Below are positions 29,964 to 39,357 of a stretch of 64,000 bases of DNA, piece by piece. Positions within the stretch are counted from its first letter, which is position 1, and each line of letters opens with the position of its first letter. Both the position numbers and the translations under genes were made by a program. A model generated the notes under the pieces. The model worked only from the letters and a program-made list of their open reading frames with translations, made no database searches and was not told where the DNA came from. The stretch is from positions 100,470 to 164,469 of the forward strand of contig JBMNCQ010000004.1 of the NCBI GenBank assembly GCA_049366715.1. Reading direction: 5' to 3'. Source of the DNA: Peptococcaceae bacterium. GTDB taxonomy: Bacteria; Bacillota; Peptococcia; Peptococcales; BICA1-8.

Positions 29964-30809
29964 CTATCTCAGGGCTTCCCGGGTGCAATTAAGCGCGATA
30001 CCCAAGGGTGTTACAAACATGGGGTTCTGCGGTTTATAAACGGGAAACCCGGTTCGTTGGGCGATAATATTTTCGATCCCCGCCAGACAGCAAGTTCCCC
30101 CGACCAGATAAACGGCTTCCACCTGGTAATCCTTGACGTGGCGGCTGATAATGGACGAAACTTTTTCTATGACAGGCCGTAATACAGGCAGCAATTCCCG
30201 CTGGTTTTGCGGATCCCGCTTATACAGGTCCGCATCGTCAAAGCTCATTTTATAGGCCCCGGCGATCACCAGGGAAAAATGCGTGCCGCCGGTAGGTTCA
30301 TCGGCAGCATAAATCACTCTGCTGTCCTGTAAGACGGCAATCCCGGTCGTGCCGCCGCCTATATCGACAATGGCTCCGTCTTTGATCTTTAGTACGGCAT
30401 TAGCTGCCGTCGGTTCATCCAGCAAACCGGTAATTTCAAAACCGGCCCCCTGAACCACGTGTTTAATCGCTCCCCCATCCAGGTTAAAGGTTCCCGGAGG
30501 CAGGGCTGCTGCTGCATAGATTAAGACTGTGTCCAGTTTTTCTTCCAGTTCCTGTTTTAATTCTTTGACGATCCTTATGGCACCGAGATAGTCCACCACC
30601 ATACCGTCTTTGACAACACCGGTCAAGCGGTAAGCACCGGCAACAGGCTGCTGGTTTTCATCAAGAACAGCCAGCACAATACAGGCAGTTCCCAGGTCAA
30701 CACCGGTATAATAAACGGAGGATTTTTTTAAAACAGGGGTTTTGATGACCTCCGCAAAACTACCCACAATTTCGTCACAATATTGAAAAACCGGATTTAT
30801 CATGTGCAT
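29964..30809 (-). CDS. eutJ: EutJ-like Hsp70/actin-fold chaperone
   Basis: GVDLGTACIV..IVDIGGGTTGIAV..YLVGGTCCLAGI ATPase motifs. Start set to the ATG at 30809, after GGGAGG. Confidence 0.85.
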   Translation of the reverse strand: MHMINPVFQYCDEIVGSFAEVIKTPVLKKSSVYYTGVDLGTACIVLAVLDENQQPVAGAYRLTGVVKDGMVVDYLGAIRIVKELKQELEEKLDTVLIYAAAALPPGTFNLDGGAIKHVVQGAGFEITGLLDEPTAANAVLKIKDGAIVDIGGGTTGIAVLQDSRVIYAADEPTGGTHFSLVIAGAYKMSFDDADLYKRDPQNQRELLPVLRPVIEKVSSIISRHVKDYQVEAVYLVGGTCCLAGIENIIAQRTGFPVYKPQNPMFVTPLGIALNCTREALR

Positions 30810-30953
30810 TTTTTCCTCCCTGACTTTTCTCCGCGTCACGGAGAGTATCTTCATAAACAACTTTCGGGCTTAAATTAATAAAATTTATGTCCTCATCTGC
30901 CCTTCCTTGATTTACTGCCGGGAAAAAATAAAGTAAATGTATCTATAAAAGAG

Positions 30954-31409
30954 CTATTTCTTGGCAGTTGTTTCCGGCAGACCGAATAAATAATCTTTTA
31001 AATCTGCCATACCTAGATTGTCTGGCAGAGAGATCGCAAAGTAAGGCTCAAAGACACCTGCTCTTTTCAACTGTTCCCTGGCCCGGGGGGCATTTTGCAC
31101 AGCTAAATCAATTTTGGTAATCACTCCCACAACAGGACAATTAAAGACTTTGGCAAAACCCGGCGGATAAACCTGAACAGGCCTGGATTGATCAACCAGA
31201 ATGAGCACACAGGACGCATCCTGAGCCAGGGCAATCAGATACCGGTACATCCCGGGGTTTTCGAGATACGCGCCCGGCGTATCAATGGTAGAGCGGCCAT
31301 AAATCACATCCTGGGTCTTTTTTAAAGGCAGAATACAGTCATTCAGCGCATTAATCAAAGTCGATTTGCCGGACTGAACCGGTCCCACCACCATAATCCG
31401 CTTTTTCAT
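30954..31409 (-). CDS. EutP/PduV-family small GTPase
   Basis: P-loop [16 protein letters not shown], 151 aa. Confidence 0.85.
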   Translation of the reverse strand: MKKRIMVVGPVQSGKSTLINALNDCILPLKKTQDVIYGRSTIDTPGAYLENPGMYRYLIALAQDASCVLILVDQSRPVQVYPPGFAKVFNCPVVGVITKIDLAVQNAPRAREQLKRAGVFEPYFAISLPDNLGMADLKDYLFGLPETTAKK

Positions 31410-31759
31410 GTCCGGGTAATCCTGGCAGGAGTAAAGCCTAACAACTTTTCTAAAATATCATTAACGGCAGTCATGGCCGCTTCCACACTGGCCACATCAC
31501 CGGAAATAACCAGTGCTCCCGTAAACCGGTCCAGAAATCCGATCTCCACACCGGATGCTTTGGTGGCGATATCTGCGGCAATGATCGCCGTCTCACAGGG
31601 AGTAAGGGTTGCAATGCCAATGGCTCCCGTTTCTTCTATCCCCAGACGTTCATAGAGATCCCGGGCAGGTGCGGCTATGATATGAGCCAGCGTGACCTGT
31701 TTGCCGGGTACAGATTCCTGGATAATGCGTTTTTTGTTAAATTCAGCGGATCCGCTCAT
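31406..31759 (-). CDS. Circularly permuted BMC shell protein EutS/PduU
   Basis: [63 protein letters not shown] closely parallels EutS/PduU. Start moved to the ATG at 31759, after GGAGGG. Confidence 0.88.
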   Translation of the reverse strand: MSGSAEFNKKRIIQESVPGKQVTLAHIIAAPARDLYERLGIEETGAIGIATLTPCETAIIAADIATKASGVEIGFLDRFTGALVISGDVASVEAAMTAVNDILEKLLGFTPARITRT

Positions 31760-31784
31760 AAGATCCCTCCATCCTGCTAATCCT

Positions 31785-32768
31785 TTAATGCCTGATGATT
31801 TCTGCCTGTAAGCCATAACCCTTGATCAACTCTGCAATTTTAACCACCTCTGCTTCCGTAAAGCTCACATCCCCGCTGATGGCATATTCCAGATCCAATT
31901 GCTTGTATTTGCCGATACCCAGTTTATGATAAGGGAGCAGGTCAATCCCTTGAAAATTTTTATATATTTTAAAAGCTTGTAAAAACTCCACTGTTCTGCG
32001 GATGGTATCTTCACGATCATTCATGCCCTTGATCAGAGGCATCCGTACTTTAAGAGGAAAACCCCGGCGGATGAGTTCCGTCAGGTTACTCAAAATGCGT
32101 TCATTACGCACTCCTGTCAGCTCATAATGCCGCTCTGCATCAATATGCTTAAGATCATAGAGAATTAAGTCGCTAAAACGGGCCACCATCAGTAAGCGGT
32201 CCAGCTTTGCATATCCGCAGGTTTCAATTGCTGTATGGATTCCTATCCGCCGGCATTCCGCTAACAGGTTGACGGCAAATTCCAATTGGGCCGTAACTTC
32301 GCCCCCACCGAGAGTAACCCCTCCCCCGGAACTTTGGTAAAAAAGCGAATCCTCTTCAATAATCTCCATGACTTCAGAAATGGATTTATCTGCGCCAACA
32401 ATGGACAGAGCTTGTTGCGGACACGCAGCTTCGCATTTGCGGCATCCCACACAGTCAATGGTTCGCTTTACTTTATGACCGGGCCTTAGCAGGGTAGTGA
32501 TTCGCCCGCCCTCGGTTTGCTCCTGAAAATAATGGATATGCACAGGACAAACAGAAATACAGCTTCCGCAGTTGATGCAGAGATTTTCTTGAAACATAAC
32601 CTGGTATTTTCTTTCCAGTCCCTCGGGATTAGCACACCACTTACACCTGAGGGGACATCCTTTAAAAAAAATTAAAGTCCGCACCCCGGGTCCGTCATAT
32701 AGAGAATATTTCTGAACATTGAAGATTCTCGCTTTTCTTTCTAGGCCGTAACCAAGTTCTGTACGCAT
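31785..32768 (-). CDS. cutD: Glycyl-radical enzyme activating enzyme (choline TMA-lyase activase)
   Basis: Radical [11 protein letters not shown] plus two ferredoxin-like clusters ([24 protein letters not shown]). Lies immediately downstream of the GRE. Confidence 0.9.
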   Translation of the reverse strand: MRTELGYGLERKARIFNVQKYSLYDGPGVRTLIFFKGCPLRCKWCANPEGLERKYQVMFQENLCINCGSCISVCPVHIHYFQEQTEGGRITTLLRPGHKVKRTIDCVGCRKCEAACPQQALSIVGADKSISEVMEIIEEDSLFYQSSGGGVTLGGGEVTAQLEFAVNLLAECRRIGIHTAIETCGYAKLDRLLMVARFSDLILYDLKHIDAERHYELTGVRNERILSNLTELIRRGFPLKVRMPLIKGMNDREDTIRRTVEFLQAFKIYKNFQGIDLLPYHKLGIGKYKQLDLEYAISGDVSFTEAEVVKIAELIKGYGLQAEIIRH

Positions 32769-32837
32769 AATGTCCCCATCCCTTAAAAATACCTTCTGAA
32801 AAGTTAATCCTTTGCTTATTTAAAAATTATCGGTCAA

Positions 32838-35387
32838 TTAAAAATGGTCCAATACCGTCCTGCTGATAATTTCATCCTGGACTTCCTTGCACAGCTCTAC
32901 AAAGTAAGCACTGTATCCAGCCACGCGGATAATTAAATCCCGATACTGATCAGGCTTAAGCTGGGCTTTTTTCAATACTTCATTGTCCACATAGCTGAAT
33001 TGCATCTGGCCGTTACCGAGAATGGAGGCTGTCCTCAGCAAGGTAATCAGACCATTCTCACCTTCCGGAGTTTCCAAAATTCCCCGCAACAGCTTAAAAT
33101 TATGCACCATGCCAATATTCATCGCTTCCACATTCAACTTGCTGACGGACTTGATGATGGCTGTCGGACCCAGTTTATCAGCACCCTGAGTAGGGCTGAT
33201 CCCATCGGAAAGAGGGGTCCAGGCCAGACGCCCATTGGCTGAAGCACCGGTAATCTCCCCGATGGGCGTATTATTGGAAATGGAGAGAGTACCATGGGTG
33301 AAATGGGAATAAAGCATCTTAAAGCTGTTGTGCATCCGTTCAGTCCAGACAACAATATCGGCGGCAATCAAATCAGCGTAGTCGTCATCATTGCCGTATT
33401 TGGGGGCCTGGAGGCAATCGGTCCTGAGCCCTTCATACCCTGCAAAATTGACGGCCAAGGCATCCCTGACTTCTTTCAGGGCATATTTTTTTTCTTCAAA
33501 GACCAGCTTTTTAATGGCTGCCATGGAGTCTGCATAAGTTCCCAAACCGGAAAAAATCAGTCCGGGACCGTAGTTAATCAGCGCACCGCCGCCGGTGACA
33601 TCGGTGCCCTTTTCCATACAGCCTTCTACCAGCAGCGACATTAAGGGTTTCGGCACAAGTTCCCTGTGCACCCTCTGGCTAATAATCGTTCCAAGCGCAG
33701 ATAAACGGATAATATGTTCAATCTGCTTTTTAACGGCAGCGGCAAATTCCTCATAGGTCTTAAAATTGTCAAGATCCCCGGTGTCCAGCCCTTGCTGTGT
33801 TTGCTGCCATTTCATAATACCGCGGTTTAAAACAAATTCAATGGCAATTGGCCATTGGGTATAGCCGGTAGATGTCCACTGATAGATACGGCCGGATTTT
33901 TGCGGTTCAACACAGCCCATCAGACAGTAATCCCGGGCATCTTCCAGGGAGAATCCCTTGGCCAGCATCATTTTTATATGGGCATCATCAAAGTGACAGG
34001 CCGGAAAGCCTAGTCCTGCTTTAACAACATCCACAATTTTCTTTAAATATTTTTGCGGTGATTTGTTATGGATGCGGCAAGCCAGTGACGGCTGATACAT
34101 CTTGGTAAAGCGAACCGCATCCATAATCAGATAAGTTAAATCATTGGTTGCATCCCCGCCGGTCCGCTTTTGACCGCCAACGGTTAAATTAATAAAAGGC
34201 TGATAACCGGCGAAATATTTTGCGCCCAGTTCACTGGACAGCCACATAACTTCCGAGCATTTGATAAGAAAACACCCCAGCAGTTCAAAGGCTTCCAGTT
34301 TGTTCATACGCCCCGCTTCCAGATCGGCTTTGAACAGAGGGTAAATATATTGATCCAGACGTCCCAGGGAAATACCGGTCTGGTTTTCTTCCACCACAAA
34401 TAAAGACTGCAGCATCCAGATAGACTGGAGGGCTTCCTGAAAGGTACCGGGCGGATTGGCCGGTACACGGGTTAAAATACCGGAAATTTTGTACAGTTCT
34501 TCCTTGCGGCCGGTATCCTCTTCCCGGTCGGCCAGCTCCCGCGCATAGTCAGAAAGTCTTTGCGCATAGGCCAGAATACCGTCACAGGTTTCAATTTCCC
34601 CTTTATAAAAGTAAATCTTATCAAGATCCGCGGGATTTTCCGGAGATAGTTTGCTCAATCTCTCGGCAGCTTCCTGTCTGACACCGCCAATGCCTTTCGC
34701 GATAAGGATGATATCATAACCCGGGCAGGTGTCACCGCCGCCATTAATCTGATGATAGGAAAGATCACTAACAAAGGCTTCCCCCGCAAATGACCAGATA
34801 CCGGCTTCTTCATATTGCTGCTGACAAATTTCGTCTACACTGCGGCCTTCCCAAAAGGGGAAAATCTCTTCCCGTAAAATCTCCTTATCTTCTGCACTGA
34901 TCTGGAAGGGATCCTGGGGCCTGGTGGCCATAGTATCCAGTTCATCCCGGACCCATCTCCAGGCAATATCCGGGGACACAGCACCGGCCCGGGGTTTCCC
35001 GCAGGGATGCCCGACAATCAATTCATCTTTTTGAATGACTAAAGGCGCTGTCTCACAAGCCCTTCTAAAACACTTGGCCCGCAGCAGAATTTTGGGTAAG
35101 CCCGGATTTTCTCTGGTCACTTGGGTGAAAGCCCTGGCCCGGTAAGTACTGATACTGGGTTTAGCCTGTAAATAATTGGCCCGCAGCCGTTTTAAGCGCG
35201 GAGTCGGTCCTGTGATTTCCACATCATAAACAGGGTATTTGGTGGTAGTGGTATGATATACTGCAGCGTTTTGGGCAGAAAGTTCCCGGGAGATACCCTG
35301 AAACAGCTTCATGACAGCAGCCTTTTCTTCCGGGGACAGGTGCTTTGTTGCATCCGCAAATTTATTTGAAAATTCTGTAAGATCCAA
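32838..35387 (-). CDS. cutC: Choline trimethylamine-lyase (glycyl radical enzyme)
   Basis: 849 aa. Glycyl loop RVAGYSAYF (G824) and thiyl loop GCVEP (C492, E494). Y211, D219, F392, F398, T505 and Y509 equal D. alaskensis CutC Y208, D216, F389, F395, T502 and Y506 at a constant +3 offset. Confidence 0.92.
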   Translation of the reverse strand: MDLTEFSNKFADATKHLSPEEKAAVMKLFQGISRELSAQNAAVYHTTTTKYPVYDVEITGPTPRLKRLRANYLQAKPSISTYRARAFTQVTRENPGLPKILLRAKCFRRACETAPLVIQKDELIVGHPCGKPRAGAVSPDIAWRWVRDELDTMATRPQDPFQISAEDKEILREEIFPFWEGRSVDEICQQQYEEAGIWSFAGEAFVSDLSYHQINGGGDTCPGYDIILIAKGIGGVRQEAAERLSKLSPENPADLDKIYFYKGEIETCDGILAYAQRLSDYARELADREEDTGRKEELYKISGILTRVPANPPGTFQEALQSIWMLQSLFVVEENQTGISLGRLDQYIYPLFKADLEAGRMNKLEAFELLGCFLIKCSEVMWLSSELGAKYFAGYQPFINLTVGGQKRTGGDATNDLTYLIMDAVRFTKMYQPSLACRIHNKSPQKYLKKIVDVVKAGLGFPACHFDDAHIKMMLAKGFSLEDARDYCLMGCVEPQKSGRIYQWTSTGYTQWPIAIEFVLNRGIMKWQQTQQGLDTGDLDNFKTYEEFAAAVKKQIEHIIRLSALGTIISQRVHRELVPKPLMSLLVEGCMEKGTDVTGGGALINYGPGLIFSGLGTYADSMAAIKKLVFEEKKYALKEVRDALAVNFAGYEGLRTDCLQAPKYGNDDDYADLIAADIVVWTERMHNSFKMLYSHFTHGTLSISNNTPIGEITGASANGRLAWTPLSDGISPTQGADKLGPTAIIKSVSKLNVEAMNIGMVHNFKLLRGILETPEGENGLITLLRTASILGNGQMQFSYVDNEVLKKAQLKPDQYRDLIIRVAGYSAYFVELCKEVQDEIISRTVLDHF

Positions 35388-35463
35388 CTTTTTTTCCCTC
35401 CTTACTTATCTAAATCAGCAGAGTAAGCTGCTTAATGATCTCTGCACAGTTACTGCACCGGTT

Positions 35464-36954
35464 TCAAAAATTGAGCTGCTCAAGTAATTTTTCCAACAGT
35501 TCTTTTAATTCATAATTTTCTCCGGGGGCAGGTCCTGTACTGTTTATTCCTCTAGTTGCAAAAGTTTCCGCAGACTGCACGCCTCCGGTTATATCCTCCG
35601 GTTGCCGCACACCATAGCCCACTTTGCGGATATTAATCAAATTCAGAGGCGAAACATTATCAGAAATAAATCCGCCTCCTGCCGCACCACAACCCAGGGT
35701 TAAAGCCGGGAAAAGATTCGTCGTGGCACCGATACCGCCTAATGACGCCGGAGTATTTACCAGTACCCTGGATACCGGTTTTTTCAGGGCAAATTCCCGA
35801 ATGACATCCTCATTACGGGAGTGAATAACCAGAGTATGCCCCCTACCTTCATTAATAAGCAATTCTATACATTTTTCACAAGCATTCTGCCAGTTCTTTT
35901 CCACGTAAAAGGCCAGAACAGGACAAAGCTTTTCCCTGGAATAAGGATTGGCGGGAGACACATATTTTTGTTCCGCAATCAATACTTTGGTATCTTTATC
36001 AGCATCAATTCCGCTGCGCCGGGCCAGCTCTACGGCTGATTTTCCCACAATCTCGGGATTGGGGCTGCCGTCAGAACGGAAAAAAAACCTGCCGAGCCGC
36101 TCCGCTTCTTGTCCCGACATGAAGTAAGCACCGCTTTTCCTGAGTTCTTGTCTGACCTCAGCGGCAATACATTCTTCAGCGACAATGGATTGTTCCGAAG
36201 CTGAGACAATTCCATAATCAAAGGTTCTGCTGGCAATAATATCGGCTACGGCTTTGCTTATGTCCGCCGAACGCTCTATGAAAGCCGGTCCGTTCCCCGG
36301 ACCGCCATAAATGGTCGGTTTGCCCGAAGCATATGCTGTCCGAACCAATTTAGGCACACCGGTAAGCAAAATCAGTGCCGTGTTCCGGTGATTCATTAAG
36401 GCCGCCGTACCGGCAACAGCCACTGTTCGCAAATAGCTGACAGCTCCCTTTGGCAGTCCCCGGGCTTCAGCAGCCTGTATCAAAATATCCAGGACTTTGC
36501 TAATGGTCTTTTGCGCCTTAGGATGGGGGGAAAATACAATAGCATTACCGGATTTTATGGCCAGCAGAGTTTTATAGATCGTGGTGGACACCGGGTTGGT
36601 TGCAGGAGGCACTGCGACAATCACACCTACGGGAACACCAATATCCAGGGTCTTCTTTTCTTTATCTTCAGAAATAATGCCGACCACTTTCATATCCCTG
36701 ATTTTTTGATAGAGAAAATCACTGACAAAAAGATTTTTGCTAAACTTGTCCTGCCATTTGCCGAATCCTGTCTCTGCAACGGACATCATGGCAAGCTCCC
36801 TGGCATGTTTAGCTGCTTCTGCCGCCATTTGCCGGACGATTCCGTCCAGTTTTTCCTGAGGGAAAGCAGCCAGTATCTTTTGCGCCTCCCGGGCGTTTTC
36901 TATCAGGATCCGAGCCTCTTGAACCGAAAGCAGGTCATGATCAATTCTCTGCAA
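35464..36954 (-). CDS. Aldehyde dehydrogenase paralog with catalytic Cys replaced by Ser
   Basis: Motif RTFDYGIVSASEQ, with the Ser codon TCA at 36202-36204. Start moved to the TTG at 36954 (MQRIDHDLLSVQEAR, parallel to METFDYDLQSVQGAR of the paralog), 7 nt after GGGGAG. C-terminal tail YELKELLEKLLEQL is amphipathic. Confidence 0.85.
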   Translation of the reverse strand: MQRIDHDLLSVQEARILIENAREAQKILAAFPQEKLDGIVRQMAAEAAKHARELAMMSVAETGFGKWQDKFSKNLFVSDFLYQKIRDMKVVGIISEDKEKKTLDIGVPVGVIVAVPPATNPVSTTIYKTLLAIKSGNAIVFSPHPKAQKTISKVLDILIQAAEARGLPKGAVSYLRTVAVAGTAALMNHRNTALILLTGVPKLVRTAYASGKPTIYGGPGNGPAFIERSADISKAVADIIASRTFDYGIVSASEQSIVAEECIAAEVRQELRKSGAYFMSGQEAERLGRFFFRSDGSPNPEIVGKSAVELARRSGIDADKDTKVLIAEQKYVSPANPYSREKLCPVLAFYVEKNWQNACEKCIELLINEGRGHTLVIHSRNEDVIREFALKKPVSRVLVNTPASLGGIGATTNLFPALTLGCGAAGGGFISDNVSPLNLINIRKVGYGVRQPEDITGGVQSAETFATRGINSTGPAPGENYELKELLEKLLEQLNF

Positions 36955-37004
36955 GTCCAATCTCCCCTTTCCCTTCCGAAGCAAAAACTTAACAAATCCG
37001 TTCT

Positions 37005-37295
37005 TTACCAATCGATAAAGTATTTCGCAATAATCTTCAGTACGTCGGGATGAGGCCGGGCGATGACATTAGAGCTATAGACCTGGCCTACCTTGCCGGC
37101 TTCCTCAATACCGGCCTCTACCGCAGTTCTTACCGCTGCCAGGTCACCCCGGACCACAACGGAAACCAAACCGGAGGCCACATTTTCATAGCCGATCAAC
37201 TCCACATCGGCGGCCTTGCACATGGCATCGGCAGCTTCCAGTACCGAAACCAGGCTGTATGTCTCGATAAAGCCCAGCGCATCATTTCTGCTCAA
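37005..37295 (-). CDS. BMC-H shell protein
   Basis: SRNDALGFIETYSLVSVLEAADAMCKAADV. Start set to the second TTG (37295), 6 nt after GGAAGGGGA. Confidence 0.88.
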   Translation of the reverse strand: MSRNDALGFIETYSLVSVLEAADAMCKAADVELIGYENVASGLVSVVVRGDLAAVRTAVEAGIEEAGKVGQVYSSNVIARPHPDVLKIIAKYFIDW

Positions 37296-37324
37296 GGGGA
37301 TTCCCCTTCCCAAATGAATTAAAA

Positions 37325-37624
37325 TTAATTCGCATCAATGTCATGTTTGGCAACAATCTTACCCACCCGGCTGACAGGACGCGGCATGACATGGGTGGCT
37401 GTCATCTCCCCAATGGCAGCGGCCCCTTTAACCCCTTGCTCTACAGCCGATCTGACCGCCGCAACATCCCCTTTTACCATAACCGTAACAAGACCTGAGC
37501 CCATATTTTCAAAAGAGACAAGAACAACATCAGCAGTTTTACACATAATGTCTACGGCTTGAATAGCCGGAACCATACCTTTTGTTTCAATAAGGCCTAA
37601 TGCTTCTTGGCCGGTATATTCCAT
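37325..37624 (-). CDS. BMC-H shell protein (first gene of the shell/enzyme block)
   Basis: [33 protein letters not shown]. Confidence 0.9.
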   Translation of the reverse strand: MEYTGQEALGLIETKGMVPAIQAVDIMCKTADVVLVSFENMGSGLVTVMVKGDVAAVRSAVEQGVKGAAAIGEMTATHVMPRPVSRVGKIVAKHDIDAN

Positions 37625-37673
37625 CGCACGAACTCCTTTTTTTTGCCGTCTTAAACTTCCGGGACCGTAAATA

Positions 37674-38885
37674 TTAATAAAGCTGCATTTTTAATTGTCC
37701 TTTATCTACAATACCTTCCAACCGTTTAATTTCCCGGCCCCGGTCTAAGACAAGAACTGCCGGTACCTGTCGGACAGCATATTTTGCGGCGAGATTTTTC
37801 TTGGATGCCAGATCAATCTTGACAATTTTATAGCCATTGCCCTCTTCAGTGTTTAATTGTTCCAATAAGGTGCTGAATTCTAAACTTTCATCGACGAAAG
37901 CATTAAAAAACAACAACAAAATCTTTTGATCACTTTGGAGCACCTGATCATGGTAACCATTAACCTCGTCAAGATACCTCTCCGCAGCCACAGCTGCGGT
38001 GGCACCGTCACCTGCCGCCGCAACAACCTGCCGGAGATATTTTACCCGGTTGTCGCCCGCCGCATAGATCCCGGCCAGATTGGTTTCCATGCGGTCATTA
38101 ACAGGCAGATATCCTCTTTTATCCATTTCAATTCCGCTATCCTTCAGGTAACCGGTGGAGGGAACCATCCCCACAAAGAAAAATACACCCTGACACGCTA
38201 ATTCTGTAGAGGCCCCTGTTTTAAGATTCTTAATTTTGACCCCTGCTACATTGTCTGCACCGATAACTTCCTCAATGGTAGAGTTCCAAATAAACGCCAT
38301 TTTTTCGTTATGAAAAGCCCTTTGGGCACTCACTTTATTACAATCCAGAATTCCTTCCTCATGGAGCACGATCACGGTAACTTTACGGGCAAACTTGGTA
38401 ATAAACATGCCTTCTTCGATGGCCTGATCACCACTGCCCACAACGACAACATCTTCTCCGGCAAAAAACTCGGCATCACAGGTAGCACAATAGGCAACTC
38501 CATTCCCCCGCAGTCTTTTTTCACCAGGGATATTCAGCAGGCGCGGTTCACTTCCGGAGGCAATAATAACGGCTTTGGCCGAAAATTCCTGTCCTTTCCT
38601 GGTCTTAACAATTTTCTCCTCTTGAGAGAAATCAACGCTGATTACTTCTCCTTTGAGAAATTCAACCCCAAAACCCTCCGCATGCTTCTGAAAATCCTTC
38701 ATTAAATCCGGGCCGCTGATTTGAAGATAGCCGGGGTAATTAACGATTTCCCGGGTGGTATCTACTAAACCGCCGATGCGCCCTTTATTAATCACGATTG
38801 TTTTCAGCTTAGCCCGGCCGCCGTAAATGGCGGCGGCAAGCCCGGCCGGACCCGCCCCGATTATGATTAAATCATAAGAAGTCAT
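37674..38885 (-). CDS. Thioredoxin-reductase-like flavoprotein fused to a Cys-less thioredoxin-fold domain
   Basis: GAGPAG FAD motif and redox-active CATCD. The second Rossmann motif reads VTVIVLHEEGILD where NADPH-type TrxR has HRRDxxRA. The C-terminal ~95 aa form a Trx fold without CxxC. Only 49 bp separate it from the first shell gene, with no terminator. Confidence 0.8.
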   Translation of the reverse strand: MTSYDLIIIGAGPAGLAAAIYGGRAKLKTIVINKGRIGGLVDTTREIVNYPGYLQISGPDLMKDFQKHAEGFGVEFLKGEVISVDFSQEEKIVKTRKGQEFSAKAVIIASGSEPRLLNIPGEKRLRGNGVAYCATCDAEFFAGEDVVVVGSGDQAIEEGMFITKFARKVTVIVLHEEGILDCNKVSAQRAFHNEKMAFIWNSTIEEVIGADNVAGVKIKNLKTGASTELACQGVFFFVGMVPSTGYLKDSGIEMDKRGYLPVNDRMETNLAGIYAAGDNRVKYLRQVVAAAGDGATAAVAAERYLDEVNGYHDQVLQSDQKILLLFFNAFVDESLEFSTLLEQLNTEEGNGYKIVKIDLASKKNLAAKYAVRQVPAVLVLDRGREIKRLEGIVDKGQLKMQLY

Positions 38886-38912
38886 GTATTCCACATCCCT
38901 TTAAACAGCAAT

Positions 38913-39239
38913 TTAGGCACCCAGAATTTCAGCAATTTTTTCTTCCACTTCCTCAGCTCCTGCGTTACCGGCAAGTTTTCCTTGATACTCACCCTCCCTG
39001 AAAAAAAGGATTTGCGGAACTCCTTTTAAGGAAAACCTCTGCAACAGACTCTTCTCTTCATCAACATCAACATAATAGAAACCAAATTCACCGTCATATT
39101 GAGGCTGCAATTCCTCCAACACAGGCACTACTTCTTTACATACATGGCAGTCCTTCCTGGAAAAAATAACCAGACAAGACGCACAATGGTCATAAATAAT
39201 TTCTTCAAAAAGGTTGACAGCCAACCGTTGTAAAGCCAT
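38913..39239 (-). CDS. Thioredoxin-family protein with atypical CHVC active site
   Basis: LVIFSRKDCHVCKEVVPVLEEL...LKGVPQILFF (cis-Pro motif), 108 aa. Confidence 0.8.
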   Translation of the reverse strand: MALQRLAVNLFEEIIYDHCASCLVIFSRKDCHVCKEVVPVLEELQPQYDGEFGFYYVDVDEEKSLLQRFSLKGVPQILFFREGEYQGKLAGNAGAEEVEEKIAEILGA

Positions 39240-39304
39240 ATTCCCACTCCTTAAAATTTTGCCTTAAAAATTAACTGTTAAATCTTAAGCGGCAGTATAC
39301 TTGT

Positions 39305-39343
39305 AAAAAGCAGCCATCAGAGTGCTACTTCCTGATAGCTGCT
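39305..39343 (-). terminator. Rho-independent terminator after the NPP-type gene
   Basis: On the - strand, AGCAGCTATCAG-N11-CTGATGGCTGCT (one mismatch) followed by TTTTT, 15 bp past the stop at 39358. Confidence 0.65.
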
Positions 39344-39357
39344 CAGGTCACAATCGA

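Larger units (their letters stand above)
23701..37624 (-). other. Choline-utilisation glycyl-radical-enzyme microcompartment locus (GRM1-type), 17 co-oriented genes
   Basis: CutC/CutD, 4 BMC-H, 2 permuted BMC, 1 BMC-T, 1 BMC-P, 2 aldehyde dehydrogenases, PduL, PduS-like, EutJ, EutP and EutQ homologs. Gaps are short or genes overlap. Confidence 0.9.

Noticed and set aside
32838-35387. Alternative identities for the glycyl radical enzyme: 1,2-propanediol dehydratase, isethionate sulfite-lyase, DHPS lyases or hydroxyproline dehydratase.
   Set aside because: The full set of CutC choline-pocket residues (Y, D, F, F, C, E, T, Y, G) is present at a constant +3 offset relative to D. alaskensis CutC, and a BCCT transporter is adjacent. 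None of the other assignments predicts the Asp in GGGD together with the T/Y after GCVEP.
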